Assembly (NCBI RefSeq): GCF_004010195.1
Contig: NC_057718.1
Coordinates: 12,380,924 to 12,431,036 of the forward strand
Length of the DNA stretch: 50,113 nt
Source: Chiloscyllium plagiosum
Taxonomy: Eukaryota
Direction: 5' to 3'
In this document: piece after piece, positions 1-12,316 of the stretch
Layout: every line of letters starts with the position of its first letter
How positions within the stretch are numbered: the stretch's first letter is position 1
Program-made: the position numbers and the translations under genes
The notes under the pieces: model-generated
The model's database searches: none
Seen by the model: the letters and a program-made list of their open reading frames with translations, nothing else
What the model was told of the DNA's origin: nothing

Positions 1-878
1 AGTTCAAAATACGTACAACACAGATGGCCACCTTCTTCAAGGACCGCAATTTCCCCCCCGACGTGGCCGACGGTGCCCTCCACCGCATCTCCTCCACTTC
101 CCGCTCCTCCGCCCTTGAGCCCCGCCCCTCCAACCGCCACCAGGACAGAACCCCACTGGTCCTCACCTACCACCCCACCAATCTCCATGTACAGCACATC
201 ATCCGCCGTCACTTCCGCCACCTCCAAACAGACCCCAGCACCAAGAATATATTTCCCTCCCCTCCCCTATCAGCTTTCCGTAGAGACCACTCCCTCCGCG
301 ACTCCCTTGTCAGATCCACACCCCCCACCGACCCAACCACCACTCCCGGCACCTTCCCTTGCAACCGCAGGAGGTGCAACACTTGCGCCCACACCTCCCC
401 CCTCACTTCTCTCCAAGGCCCCAAGGGAAACTTCCATATCCGCCACAGATTCACCTGCACCTCCACCCACATCATCTACTGCATCCGCTGCAGCCGGTGT
501 GGCCTCCTCTATATTGGGGAGACAGGCCGCCTACTTGCGGAGCGATTCAGAGAGCACCTCTGGGCCACCCGGACGAACCAACCCAACCAACCTGTGGCAC
601 AGCATTTCAACTCCCCCTCCCACTCCACCGAGGATATGCAGGTCATTGGACTCATCCACCGCCAAACCACAACAACCCGACGGTCGGAGGAGGAGCGTCT
701 TATCTTCCGACTGGGAACACTCCAACCGCAGGGGATGAACTTGGACCTCACCAGTTTCTTCATCCCCCCTCCCCCCACCTTGTCTCTCCTGTTCCCTGGA
801 TGCTGCCTGACCTGCTGCGCTTTTCCAGCAACACATTTTCAGCTCTGATCTCCAGCATCTGCAGACCTCACTTTCTCC
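1..878 (+). mobile_element. Penelope-like retroelement (probably Neptune clade), 3' portion; continues beyond the left edge
   Basis: PLE ORF end followed by the terminal module GATGCTGCCTGACCTGCTGCGCTTTTCCAGC...CTCCAGCATCTGCAGACCTCACTTTCTCC (ends 878), which recurs across the window. Confidence 0.93.
3..848 (+). CDS. PLE polyprotein C-terminal part: RT C-terminus, Cys-rich linker and GIY-YIG endonuclease (5'-partial)
   Basis: The frame is open from the window edge (FKIRTTQ then MATFF...). Motifs: PLVLTYHP, AFRRDHSLRDSLV, CNRRRCNTC, IIYCIRCSRCGLLYIGETGR, ERFREH, VAQHFN, EERLIFRLGTLQPQGMN. Confidence 0.9.
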   Translation, partial: FKIRTTQMATFFKDRNFPPDVADGALHRISSTSRSSALEPRPSNRHQDRTPLVLTYHPTNLHVQHIIRRHFRHLQTDPSTKNIFPSPPLSAFRRDHSLRDSLVRSTPPTDPTTTPGTFPCNRRRCNTCAHTSPLTSLQGPKGNFHIRHRFTCTSTHIIYCIRCSRCGLLYIGETGRLLAERFREHLWATRTNQPNQPVAQHFNSPSHSTEDMQVIGLIHRQTTTTRRSEEERLIFRLGTLQPQGMNLDLTSFFIPPPPTLSLLFPGCCLTCCAFPATHFQL

Positions 879-889
879 ACATGGAAATA

Positions 890-1450
890 GATACCATGTC
901 TTTGGATCATTTGGCCGAAAGCAGCATGTAGTTGACCGGGAGTGAGCCAAGAAACGATGCTTGAAGGAATATCGTACTTACCAGGAAGAGGTGAAAAACC
1001 ATTGCTGTAGATGCTTTGAATATGATCGAATAGGGGTGAACCAAGCACTGAGGTGGACCACAGAGAGAAGAGATTGTAGGATGTTGTCTCTGACCGTATC
1101 AAAAGCTTCAGAATTGTTCAAAGGGACAAGAAGGAATAAGTGAATGTCATTGTAGTGATGAGAATGTCACTTGTGACCATAGTTAAAGCCAGTTCAGTCC
1201 TGTGGCAGAACCTGACTGGACAGATTCAAATGTAGAATTGCAAGAAAGATGGACATGGATTTGGAAGATGCTAGTGTGTTCAAGAATTCTGGAAAGGAAA
1301 AAAATGTTGGAGATGTGAGTAATAGTCTGCAAAGCAGCGAGAAAGGAGGTAAACGTGCATTGTTCACAGTTGACTGCAATTATTCCAAATGGCAGCAGAG
1401 AAGGATGCTTTAATTGTAGCTTGTCCACTCCTTACATTTCTTTTTCTTAC
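890..1450 (-). mobile_element. degraded L2-clade LINE RT fragment
   Basis: The minus strand gives SEAFDTV-like RT residues with frameshifts and resembles the L2 fragment at 13790-14385. Confidence 0.5.
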
Positions 1451-1600
1451 CTGTTTTTCATCTTTTGTGTATTTTTTGTTCTTTTTTCTTTCCTCTCTGC
1501 TCTGGACTGCATGCCTTAGCTCGACCTCAGATTCCTGGCCTTGGATACCCGGCCTCAGCACAGACCCAGGGAAGTGTTCTCTTGACGTGACATAGTGGTC

Positions 1601-1725
1601 TCCTGATGAAGGGCTTTTGCCCGAAACATTGATTTACTGTTCCTCAGATGCTGCCTGACCTGCTGTGCTTTCCCAGCACCACACTTTTGACTTTAATCTC
1701 CAGCATCTGTAGCCCTCACTTCGCC
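1601..1725 (+). mobile_element. short PLE terminal-module insertion with hammerhead motif
   Basis: TC-CTGATGA-A-GGGC-TTTT-GCCC-GAAA-C-ATT-GA at 1601-1632, then the same terminal module as 790-878. Decayed TSD at 1592-1605 / 1727-1740 (11/14 match). Confidence 0.85.
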
Positions 1726-1984
1726 TATGGCGGTTTCCTGGCCTGACATGGCCCTCTACCGGCCTGGCGTGGTGCTCTCTCAGCCTAATGTGGCAAACTT
1801 TCAGTGGCCCATGGTGGTCTTTTGTCCTGAAAAAGTGGCTGCGAACTACTTTCCTACAGTCCATGTGCAGAAGGCTCTCCCACTGTAGAACAAAGACGCC
1901 AAGTACAGCTTTTTGGTGAGAATGGTGCTTACTGTCTGTTAAGGAAGTTAGCTTAGATGTGCCAAATTGGATTATGTAGACAGT

Positions 1985-2200
1985 CTGGAGGCTGGAAGAA
2001 CGCTGGAAGAACACAGCAAGCCGGACAGCATCAGGAGGTAGAGAAGTCAATGTTTCAGGTGTAACCCTTATTTAGGACTGGGGGGTAGGTATAGGGGGAG
2101 CTGCAGATTAAGGAGTGGTGGGGGCAGGGTGGTGAAGGGGGATAGGTGAAGACAGGTAGAGGGTACACACTGGTTGGTCAATAGAAGGAATGAATCCGGT
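1985..2200 (-). mobile_element. PLE 3' end, second subfamily (same as 46765-47240), decayed hammerhead
   Basis: Minus strand reads AGTC-CTAAATA-A-GGGT-TAC-ACCT-GAAA-CATT-GACT at 2045-2079 and is clearly similar to 46770-46980. Confidence 0.8.
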
Positions 2201-2729
2201 AACACCTTACCCCACAGAATCTGCTGCCACATTCAACTATAACTCCAGAGGCATGGTCACTTTTCTTTCCGCTCTGTATTGCCTCAGTATGACTGTGCTG
2301 AAAATGCCCCCAAAGCTTTTCCACATCTGATGCCCAAATTATGGAGTGGATAATGAAAAATTTTAGCTACCAGGTTATTAACAAGCTAAATGCATCAGCC
2401 TGAGGGGACCCTGAGACAGCAGCCCTCATGGTTTTCAGCTGTGAAATCTAGTCCAACTTCTCTGGGATCTTTGTGTATATCAAAAGTCCTCTGAGAGTTG
2501 TGCTTAGGGAAAGCATTACCTGACCTAGAGTCTCTGGTAGAGTGCAGCTTTCTCAATATAACCAAGGAGCTCATGCAGACTCTTGGATCTACATGATTAG
2601 CTGCAGTGGATCTCTGCAGTTTGCCTCAGGCAGGCATGAGATGAATCATCCATGCAGCAACCACGAGCTAGAGGATCCGTGAGTGGACCTTCTGATAAAA
2701 CAGGAGGTGTTTAATAGTTGGGGCAGAGT

Positions 2730-3235
2730 AGTGGGAGATGATGGAACACCTGCCTGGATGAATGCAACTCCAACAACACCCGAAAGGATCAATACCATTC
2801 GGGTCAAAGCGATCGGCACTCCATCCACCAATTTAAACATTTGCTTTCTATACAACAGATGGACAGTAGCAACCTTGTGACATCTGGGGGGTGCACTGCA
2901 TCAAACCACCCAGGATCTTTCAACTGCAACCTGTACATGCTGAAGCTGTACCATTTAGGATAAGGTTAGTAGAACATGGGAATACCATCACCTGCAAGTT
3001 CCTCTTACCAAGCTACTTACCATACTGACTTGAAAATATACTGCTGTTCCTTCGCTGTTGCAGAGTCAAAATCCTGGAACTCACTCCTTAACAAAATTGT
3101 GGATGTCCCTTCACCAAATAGACTGCAGTGATTCAAGAAGGCGGCTCATCATTGCTTTCTCAAGGAGGTTAGGGATGTGCAATAAATGCTGACCCAGCCA
3201 GTTACACCAACATCCCATAAACGAATTTTATAAAA
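2730..3235 (+). mobile_element. 3' end of a CR1/L2-group LINE whose tail is shared with a local SINE family
   Basis: Residual AWMNATPTT...SKSWNSL...FKKAAHH. The tail GGGATGTGCAATAAATGCTGACCCAGCCAG...CATCCCATAAACGAAT matches the SINE tails at 5708-5765 and about 12760-12815. Confidence 0.75.
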
Positions 3236-4221
3236 ATTCAGGACCTCTGCCACCTCACAAATTTACAGCCAACGAAAGCAGAGACATGTTTCAGACTCAT
3301 CTGTATTGCTCTGTCTCTGAAACCACTTTATATTGATGCAAAATATAAGCTATTGTAGTAAGCATAGCAAAGAGAACAATGATTGTGTCGTTCCCCTGAC
3401 TAGCCTTCCTTGAAATGTTACACATTTAACTTGCTCATAATCTTGTAATTGTGAGGTGAATGTTTGAATCGGGTGCCTTTTTGTTTTGCAGTTAAGGGAG
3501 ATTAAAGCATTTACCAGGGCAACAGGTGTGCACTTAGATTAATTCTGTAAATTATTCTTCTCTGTCTGATAACAAGAATTGTAAGCATAATTCGATTTGG
3601 TTAATATTTCTCTCTTTGCTCCGACATGCTTACTGTTTCACCTAGATAAGGTGCGTCAAGTTGAGTGTGTATGAAAGGGATCTAATTGCAACACTGCTCT
3701 AGCTCCCACCTGCTTATCTCCTTTTCCTATTCTAACTGCATTTGTTATCAGTCACATTTCTCACATTGATTGCACACAACACAATAAGCTGTCACTCTGC
3801 TTAATGCTTTCAGTACTTTTAAAATGGGTGCAACAATGGATCCAACACAAACGTTTCTTCCACTTCAAACTATTTCATTATTTCCCACATCATCAGGCAT
3901 AAATATGTCACAGAGCTTTTGAGAAAGGGGGACCTGAAATACAACAGAATGTGATGGCTTACTCAAAGTCAGAGTTATAGTGACAACATGCTTTTTACAT
4001 GTCTGTTTTAGCCTGACACTATATAGTGATGGTAAATACTCAAGTGTTCTTGCCATTGTATGGCTGATCAGGAATTTCTGCTCCTCTAACCACCTGCAAT
4101 TGATGTAGGTCAGAAGGATTTACAAATTGATAGGATTACATTAGTAATCCAGAGGATTACTAATTAGTAAATCATCTCCTGTTCTGCCATTCTAGATCAT
4201 TTACTTCCACACCATATTGTT

Positions 4222-4572
4222 TCATTCGTTCATGGGATGCAGACATCACTGGCTATGTCAGAAGTTATAGCCCATTCCTAATTGCTCAGAGCGCAGTTAA
4301 GAATTAACCCCATTGCAATAGGTTTGGAGTCAGAGGTAGGCCAGACCAGGTGAAGATGGTAGATTTCTTTCCCTAAAGGAATGGCCATTAGTGAGCCAGA
4401 TGGGTCTTTACAAAAATTGACAATGGTTACATGGTCGCCATTAGACTGGCTTTTAGTCCCAGATTTTTAAAAATTTCAAATTTCACCATCTGTTACATTG
4501 GGATTTCAACCCATGTTCTCCTAAGGCTACGGATTACTAGATTAATGATATTGCCAATGTGCCACCACTATC
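4222..4572 (-). mobile_element. tRNA-derived SINE with LINE-derived tail (family A)
   Basis: Reverse complement of the SINE at 5442-5770. Confidence 0.75.
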
Positions 4573-5441
4573 GCCCTTCACTCTAACAGAGCGTACCGTA
4601 AAACCTCATTGAAAAGCCATGCTACCTCATTGTCTTCGTCCAAAATGATGTCAACCACTTGTCTAACTGAGCAAATACATTGTAATACAGTGAAGGTAAA
4701 AATCCCAAACTGGTTTACAGCCAATGAAGTTTTGTTTTTGAAGTAAAGTAAGGTAGGAAATGTGTGCAGCAAGATCCCACAAACCACAATATGATGATGA
4801 TTTAAGAGGACAGACGGGCCTCAATAGTTCAATAGTTGTAATCACCTTTGACTGCCATGTGGCTTGGGCCTTCTCACTTGAACTGCTCTGTGGGTGTTCT
4901 ATGCAACTTTATGGGGAAACCATGTTGTTTCGGGCCTGTAACCTTCACAGATATTGGTCCGACTGGATAAAGACAGCAGGGCAATCCCTTTTATGTTTCA
5001 AAGAATGAGAAGTGATTAAATTGAAATACATGAAATCTTGAAGAATTTGCTAAGGTAGATGGTGGGAGTGTTTTTTTCTGGTTGGAGGTCTGGAACAGGG
5101 ATATGGTGTCAGAATAAGAAGTTGACCATTTAACGCTGAGATAAGGAAGCCTTCCTTGTCTTTAGAAGATTGTGAAACTTTGAAGTTCTGTACCCCAATG
5201 GGCTGTGGATGCTCAGTTGTTGAATATATTCAAGACTGAGATGCAGAGATTTTTGACTCCTCAGCTTATGAAGATGTTGAGGATTGTACGGGAACTTTTG
5301 GTTCCTATTTCTTCTGTTCTGTGACACCTGTACTAATTCTTAACTGCATCAAATTACAGTTCACTTTCTCACAGTTAAAAACACGGTTGATAAAGGGAAG
5401 GAAGCAGAAAGGTTTCATAATACAGTCTGCTAGATTGAGGG

Positions 5442-5770
5442 GAGGTGGTGGTAGTGTCATTAGTGATTCACAGCCCCAGACTAATGTTCTGGGAAGATGA
5501 GTTTGATTCTCACTATGACAGGTGGTGAAATTTGAATTCAATTTTAAAAAGAAAATCGAAAATTAAAAGTTAGCCTAACGGCAACCATATAACCACTACC
5601 CATTGTTTCTCAAAACCTACCTGCTTTCTTTACTTGATTTGGCCCACATGTGACTCCAGGCCCACAGCAATGTGGTTGACTCCTAACTGCCCTCTGATCA
5701 GTTTAAGGATGGGCAATAAATGCTGACCTAGTCAGCAATTCCAACATCTTGTGAATGAATGAATAAAAAG
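5442..5770 (+). mobile_element. tRNA-derived SINE with LINE-derived tail (family A)
   Basis: Head GGTGGTGGTAGTGTC, core GACTCCAGGCCCACAGCAATGTGGTTGACTCCTAACTGCCC, tail GGGCAATAAATGCTG...(TGAA)n. Further copies near 8330-8625, 13095-13447 (-), 16775-17070 and 45225-45522 (-). Confidence 0.8.
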
Positions 5771-6672
5771 AAAGGTTATTTCTGGGATCCAGCACAACTT
5801 CAAAAATATATGTAATTCACTGTTCAGCTTCATCTCTTCATGCTTAATAAATGTTGTTATGTCAGCAAGTGCCAGAATAGACACACATAAAAAGAACTAC
5901 TTGCTGCTACCTTCCTGTCATCAACACCATCTAACCTTTAGTGCCAAGTCAATTGCAAAGTAGGCTAGTTAATTCTCCACTCATTCCTTAATCTGATTTA
6001 AAAGCCCAAAGGTCTGGGTCTCCACCAAACAGGAATTTCTATTTGCCGTCCAGCCTGCCTATTAATTCAGTTATGTTCTTAAAGAATTTGCTAAGTGGAG
6101 GAGACTGAACCCACTGAATCCAGGATCACGTCACACAGTTATTAAGGCTTCTAGGATCTTTCAGTCTAGAATTGGCCTAGAATTTGTGGGGAAAACAACA
6201 GTTCAATGGCTCAAACTTGTATTGGCATGTAAATAAATGGGCAACTTTTGCCAAAAGAAAGACTTGCATCTTGAGTTGCAAATTACTACAAGTTGCAGTG
6301 TTCTGCCAATAGCCTCCTTGGTCACCGTCACATACCTGCACATTTCACAAAATTGTGGCATTTGTGTTTTATGTCTTAATTAAACTCACAACAGAAAATT
6401 AGGGCTGGTATTTCATAATATCACAACCCACTTAATGTCAGGACTTACAGTGACCACTCAAACTTTCAAATTCTGAAAAGGAACAATTTGAACTGTGGAA
6501 ACATGGAGAATCATTACCATAGTAGTAAATTGTTCCTGGAGATTTTCATAATCATAAATACTTCCTTAGTATTTATTTCTGTCTTCTCTCTTTTTATCTT
6601 AATCGAATTTTTCTTTCCCTTTTTTTCTGCATCTGATTTGAATCTAATTCAACTTCTTTCTTTCTCCCTCAA

Positions 6673-6790
6673 AGGGCTCTTGTGGTGCAGTGGAAATGTC
6701 CCAACCTGTGAGCCAGGAGACACAGGTTCATGTTCCACCTGCTCCGAAGTATGTTATAACACTCCTTGACAAGTTGATTAAAAATATCTT
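6673..6790 (+). mobile_element. short tRNA-derived SINE (about 120 bp)
   Basis: A-box-like TGGTGCAGTGG and B-box-like GGTTCATGTTCC; a homologous copy lies at 42757-42875. Confidence 0.55.
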
Positions 6791-6959
6791 TCTTCTTCCT
6801 CACCATCCATGATTAAAGTGCATTGGTTAAGGAGACAGATGGTTACATTGTTCAACCAAGTCCCAAATATCACATTGACCTTGTCCATTATTGGCCAGCT
6901 GACGGATAAGGAATAAGATCTAGCTAATATAAATTCTGGATCAATGAAATACTTTCTAA

Positions 6960-7510
6960 AGTCATATTGTCATAGAGGTGTACAACACAGAAACAGATCC
7001 TTCGGTCCAATTTGTTCACACTGACCAGTTATCCTAAATAAAGCTAGTCCCATTTGCCAGCATTTGCCCATATCCTTCTAAACCCTTCCTATTTGCATAA
7101 CCATCCAGATGCCTTTTAAATGTTGCGATTGTACCAGCCTGCACCACTTCCTCTGGCAGCTCATTCCATGAAAATGTTGTCCCATAAGTCCCTTTTAAAT
7201 ATTTTCCCTCTCACCTTAAACCTTTGCCCTCTAGTATTGGACTCCCCCATCCTGAGAAAAAGACCTTGGCTATTCACCCCTATCTATGCCCCTTATGATT
7301 ATATAAAACTCTATAAGGTCACCACTCAGCTTCCGATATTCCAGGGAAAATAGCCCCAGCCTAGTCAGCCTCTCCCTACAACTCAAACGCTTGAATCCCA
7401 GCAACACCTTATAAATCTTTTTTGATCCCTTTCAAATTTAACAACATCTTTGCTATAAAGGGGAGACCAGAATGGCACTCAGTACTCCAAAAGAATCCTA
7501 ACCAATTCCT
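6960..7510 (-). mobile_element. CR1/HER1-type LINE 3' fragment
   Basis: Reverse strand carries the LEY...WSP region and the 3' UTR shared with other CR1 copies here. Confidence 0.85.
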
Positions 7511-7609
7511 GCAAGTTAGTCACTTTTGCAATGTTATAGAGTCATAGTCATAGAGATGTACAGCATGGAAACAGACCCTTCTGTCCAACTGTAGAAAATA
7601 GAGCACAAG

Positions 7610-7815
7610 ATTTGCATATAAACATCTCCCACAACCAACCTCGTTTGTTTAATTTTGTTAGTGAAGGGACAAATATTGGCGAGCGTAGTTAGAAGTCTGC
7701 TGCTCTGTTTCGAAACAGAGTATTTTAGGTCAATCTCAGAAATGAGATCGTGCATCCGTTTAGAACCTTATCTGAAAGTAATACCTCCAACTGTTCAGCA
7801 CTCCATCATTACTGC
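7610..7815 (-). mobile_element. degraded Deu-domain SINE (SacSINE1-like)
   Basis: Reverse complement resembles the Deu core TGCAGTA..GGAGTGCTG..GGAGGT..TTTCAGATAAG..TAAAC. Related L2-type tails at about 4690-4785 (-), 16440-16510, 36480-36660 and 42425-42520. Confidence 0.55.
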
Positions 7816-10239
7816 ATCAACTTTATTATGAAAATGTCATTTAGGAGCAGGACATTTGGCTCCTTGAGCCCTGCTGTACCATTCAATAAAACTATCTGCT
7901 CTAATTGTGGACTTAAAGCTACATTCCAATGAACCTCTGGAAACCATTTACCCCCCCTGTTAAAACTTTGGGATCAGACCTGCATACACAACCTGCTAAC
8001 AGAGCAGCAAGTCCATCACCACCTGCACCATGTCTGACATTCTAACCTAGTTCAAATTTGTTTTGCCATTCCTGACCATTAAAATCAATAATCCTCAAGG
8101 TAAACTAAACAGATTCAAAATCTAAAAGGTCTAGGGCATTTGGTCCTGACTGTAGTTTATATAAGCGATGAATATTAATAGATCTATTTGTGTTTGGCCG
8201 GTCGAAATGAACATCTGGGATTTCACAGAGCAGCAATGAAACCTCCTAAGGAAGGAGAATGCTAAACCTTTTATATCAACTTGCAATCAGACTACTGTGT
8301 CCAGTTATCTGAACATAGGCCTGGCCAATGGTCTGGGGACAGGAGTTTGAATCCTGTCATGGTAAATGATGAAACTTGAATATAATGAAAAGGTGGTTTA
8401 ATGGTCACTATGTAACCACTGTCAGTTGTTGTAAAAACCCACCTGGATCACTAATATCTTTTAAGGCAAGAAACTGATCTCCTTACCTAATCTGCCATAC
8501 ATGTGACTCCTGAGCTAAGCAATATGGTGGACTCTTACCTGACCTTTGGGCAGATTTTAACTAGTCTATGAGCAACAAATATTGATCTAGTCAGTGAAGG
8601 TTGCATCCCATGAACAACCATAAAAATAATCTTATTGATCAGCCAACATCTGGCCAATACCATGCGAACTAGATTGGGGGGGGGGTTAAAACAAAAGACA
8701 AAATATAAACATTAGCACCCCCAGCCCAAATACAATACTTCCATGGAGAATCATTGACATTCAATAACGTAAATTACATCAAATTCATAACCCTTTCAAA
8801 AGTGATTGTCCATTCCACTTCCAAATTCTGCAATTAATGTAAATATCGGGATGCAAAACTGCACTTAGCTGACCGACATAACTGGGTGATTGTTTATAAG
8901 CATCTGTATAGTTGACCTATTACCTGCAGTGTGGCACTAAAATAGATGTTTCAAATGGTTTAGGTGAACATTAATGTTCATACCTCGATGCTAGGTCTCC
9001 AATCAATTCAGTAAATAACATCTTTTATGTTGGTTGAGTCCATCTTTTATGTCACCCAGCTGTTGTCAGTGAATGAAGTTGTGCTGACAATAAGAAAGCT
9101 GCAAAACTGCCATTGATATCTCTCCCATTGACTTTCTCTGAAATGCAGACATGAAGAGATGCAGCATGGAGATAACTGTGACATCTGGGAAATGTGGGAA
9201 TTCAGCAAGCAATGTAGCTGTTGTAAATAATCATGTTGTATAATTAACCAGGGGTGTAATTAGATCTAATGATACTGAATACATTGTGCAACCATTTAAA
9301 AACACAAAACATCGGATGTCACCTGTTCTTAATGAAGGGATCACTGACCTGCTAAGATATGCATCATGTACATCAGTCAGTACATGGCGCAGAAGAAAGG
9401 TAATGTTCATGCTAAGCGACTATGAGAACCTTTTCATAACTAGACACAATCATGAATTTTCAAATATAAACACCTTGCTGACTGTTCCATTCAACCAGTT
9501 ATTTTTCTTCGATGCTTTTGGAGGGTCTGGCTGTTGGAGGAAAGTAATTGTCATTATTTTATAATCAACTGAGGTTGACTGTTAAATGGAACTCGATACT
9601 TAATCTGTCTCTGTGCTGTATCCTCACTGAACTTTGTTAGATTAAAAAGAATCCTGCTGTTCTGATGTATAACATTGAGACTTTGAAATTGTGTACAGAT
9701 ATTGCTAGGTGAACTTTTGAATGCATCATGTGAAACTTCCTTTAAAATAAATTGCAGTAAAAATAACAAAGGAATTTCATTCTCTAACATTCATCTTGGG
9801 AGTATTACCACTATAATTTATGAGCTGTCTCATGAAAAATGTTATAGTTTAACATATACAATAAACCCTTCTTAAAATTCCCTGCCCATTATGGGCGAGA
9901 CCTTTCTTTTAGCTTGTAAATCTAGCTTCCATTAGCCACCTTATATATCTTCATACAAGAAGGATAGTACAGACAGCAGCTAGAATTGATAAAGGTATGT
10001 CCTTATAAAAGCGTGTATTGTGTCAGTTGATTGTGTCCTTATACTTCTTCCCCACCAGCCAACTGTTTTCTTTTTCTGTAATTTTCTCCTTCACAATTTG
10101 GTTTATTTTCTAATTTTATTAATTACCAGTCAGCTTACACAAAAATATTTTGCACAATTTCAATTTAATTCATTAAATAAAAGTCAGAGGATGAACCATA
10201 TAACAGCTTATCATTCTTCTTCTAAAGCAGTCCCTGGGG

Positions 10240-10992
10240 ATTGATGGTGACTTGTCTCCACTCCGGTGGGATGGGTTTAGAGATGAGTGACAATTGCACA
10301 ATTTGCAGGCGTAGCCACAGGCCAAGTGGCCAGGTCATTGGCGAGCTCCTTCCACTGCCTCAACATTATGTTGGAAAGACTATCAGGAACACAAACACAG
10401 TGTTCGGTTCCATGCCAAAGAAACCATAGCTATTTTGGTTCGGTCACAAGCCAGGTTCACTCATGACTTCAGTAAGATGTTTGATCTCTTCAAAGATGCT
10501 TCAAAGACATTCCCTTAGAATCTCCTGCAGAAATCAACTCTGAACAGATCAAAGCAACACACTCTCAACTCTGATCTCCAGCATCTGCAGACCTCACTGT
10601 CTCCCAAATGCATTAGGGGTTTGGTATCAGGCATGCACTTGACATGACATTACCATTAGGTTTTGTCTGAGAAATGCCTCCATGCTGGCCAGTTTGGCTT
10701 GGAAGAGATCCTGCTGTTGGGACTGCCTTTCTTGCAGCTTCATTTGGAGTATCTTGCAAAGGCAGCCATTTCTAGTTTGAGGTGTTGATCACATGACTGA
10801 TAAACCATGACTTTGGTCTCAAGCTTAAGACCCAGGTCCTCAAATACTGTATTCTTCAGTCATCAAAGGCTGTGCTGGAACATTGGAGGCAATAATAAAT
10901 TTCATCACCTGTGTCTCTCTTCAACAAGCAGAGGCTTCCTAAGATACAGAAAACGGACGACTTCTTCCACAATCTCACCATTGAGCCTAATT
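10240..10992 (-). mobile_element. degraded RTE-clade LINE 3' region, interrupted by a 50-bp PLE tail at about 10554-10605
   Basis: Minus strand gives IRLNGEIVEEVVRFLYL, VFEDLGLKLETKVMVY and CLCKILQ, typical of the RTE RT C-terminal region. Confidence 0.7.
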
Positions 10993-11139
10993 GACAGAGG
11001 GGAGTGTTTTGCTATGGGAGTTGATTGGAAAATCAACAGGGGTGGCAATGGACTGTTAATCCAGAGACCACGTAATGTTCTGGGGACCCAAATTCATATC
11101 CCGCCATGGCAGATGGTGGAATATGAATTCACTAAAAAC

Positions 11140-11935
11140 TTGAAATTTACTCAGGGCTCACATGGCACCAGAGAGGCAGCTAAGTTCAAGAGAGGAGTGT
11201 CTGCAGGATGTCCCAAATGTAAAATTATATAGGCACTCTTACACACTGCTTTTGGTCATGTTACAAGGTCCAGAGATACTGGAGTGCCATAGTAAGGAAA
11301 TCCTGGGAATTGAAGTCAAGATGGATCTGGTATTTCTTCTCCTGGGCTTGCCAAACTTGCCCTCTCTGGGGCAACATGGGAAGAGGTTGTGTAACATTCT
11401 TATGCACTGTGTGAGGAAGAACATTCTAATGAATTGGATGTCAGAAAAACCCCCAGGTCTTTGGGATGGCACAGGATGGAGCATCTCCCACAAGACTACC
11501 TCACAAAAATGGTGCACCACAAAATGGAGCAGTTTTATGAGACATGGCAGCCCTTTCTAAACTATATAGACGCAATATTAACCAGGGCCGTGGTATAGCC
11601 GTGGGAGTCAGACTAGGCGGCCCCTGGGAGGGGGAAGCTGGGAAAATACAGGTACAATGGCAGGTGCTTTCAGGGGTGGGAGCTTTAACGGAGGTGCAGT
11701 GAGTGAAATAGAATAATGCGATTTAATTTAATTTAACTTGAATTCAACTTAAACTAAACTACAATCAAATTAAGTAAGAGTTAAATTAAGTTAAGTACAT
11801 ATGTTTGTTCTGGTAAGTAATAATAGGTAGTTTATTATTAATAGTATTGTGATATGACACTGTTGTACTACCTCTCTATCATTTTGTAATAGTTGCTTTT
11901 GTAAAAGATTTCAAAACATTTTTAACAAAAAAAAT
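11140..11935 (+). mobile_element. L1/Tx1-clade LINE 3' end (ORF2 C-terminal zinc knuckle, 3' UTR, A tail)
   Basis: CPKCK...GTLTHCFWSC...YW across a frameshift, LLLGL and RKNILMNW; AT-rich 3' UTR; A-run at about 11927-11935. Confidence 0.85.
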
Positions 11936-12277
11936 CTAGAATTAAGAATCTATTCACAACCATGAATCCATTGTCAGAAAAATTCAATCTCGACCCCTCT
12001 GTTTTTATTCTACTCCGTAATTTTATTTCATTTATTTAATTTATCTTTTTTTATTTTTTTTTCACTGTTCTGTACCTCTTATTTCTTGATTGTCTCTCTT
12101 TCTCTCACTCCCCACTCTCTCATCACCTTTTTCCTCTCCTCTTCCCTCTTTGCTACCCTTCTCCCCTGTTTTCCATTTTGCCTCTGCTTCACCCATCCCT
12201 CTCCATCCCCCACATATTTTGTCACATAGCACTGGCTTCAGCCTTGGTCATTCACAGCTCCTAATCTCCCTATAATC

Positions 12278-12316
12278 AGCTTTGACAAGGGGTCAGTTCG
12301 ACTCGAAACATCAGCT
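12278..12316 (+). ncRNA. minimal type-I hammerhead ribozyme motif, U3-A8 core variant (copy 1)
   Basis: AGCT-TTGACAA-G-GGGTC-AGTTC-GACTC-GAAA-C-ATC-AGCT. Confidence 0.72.

Noticed and set aside
73..950. Overlapping alternative-frame ORFs (221, 190 and 139 aa)
   Set aside because: Shadows of the C-rich PLE ORF; low complexity and no motifs.
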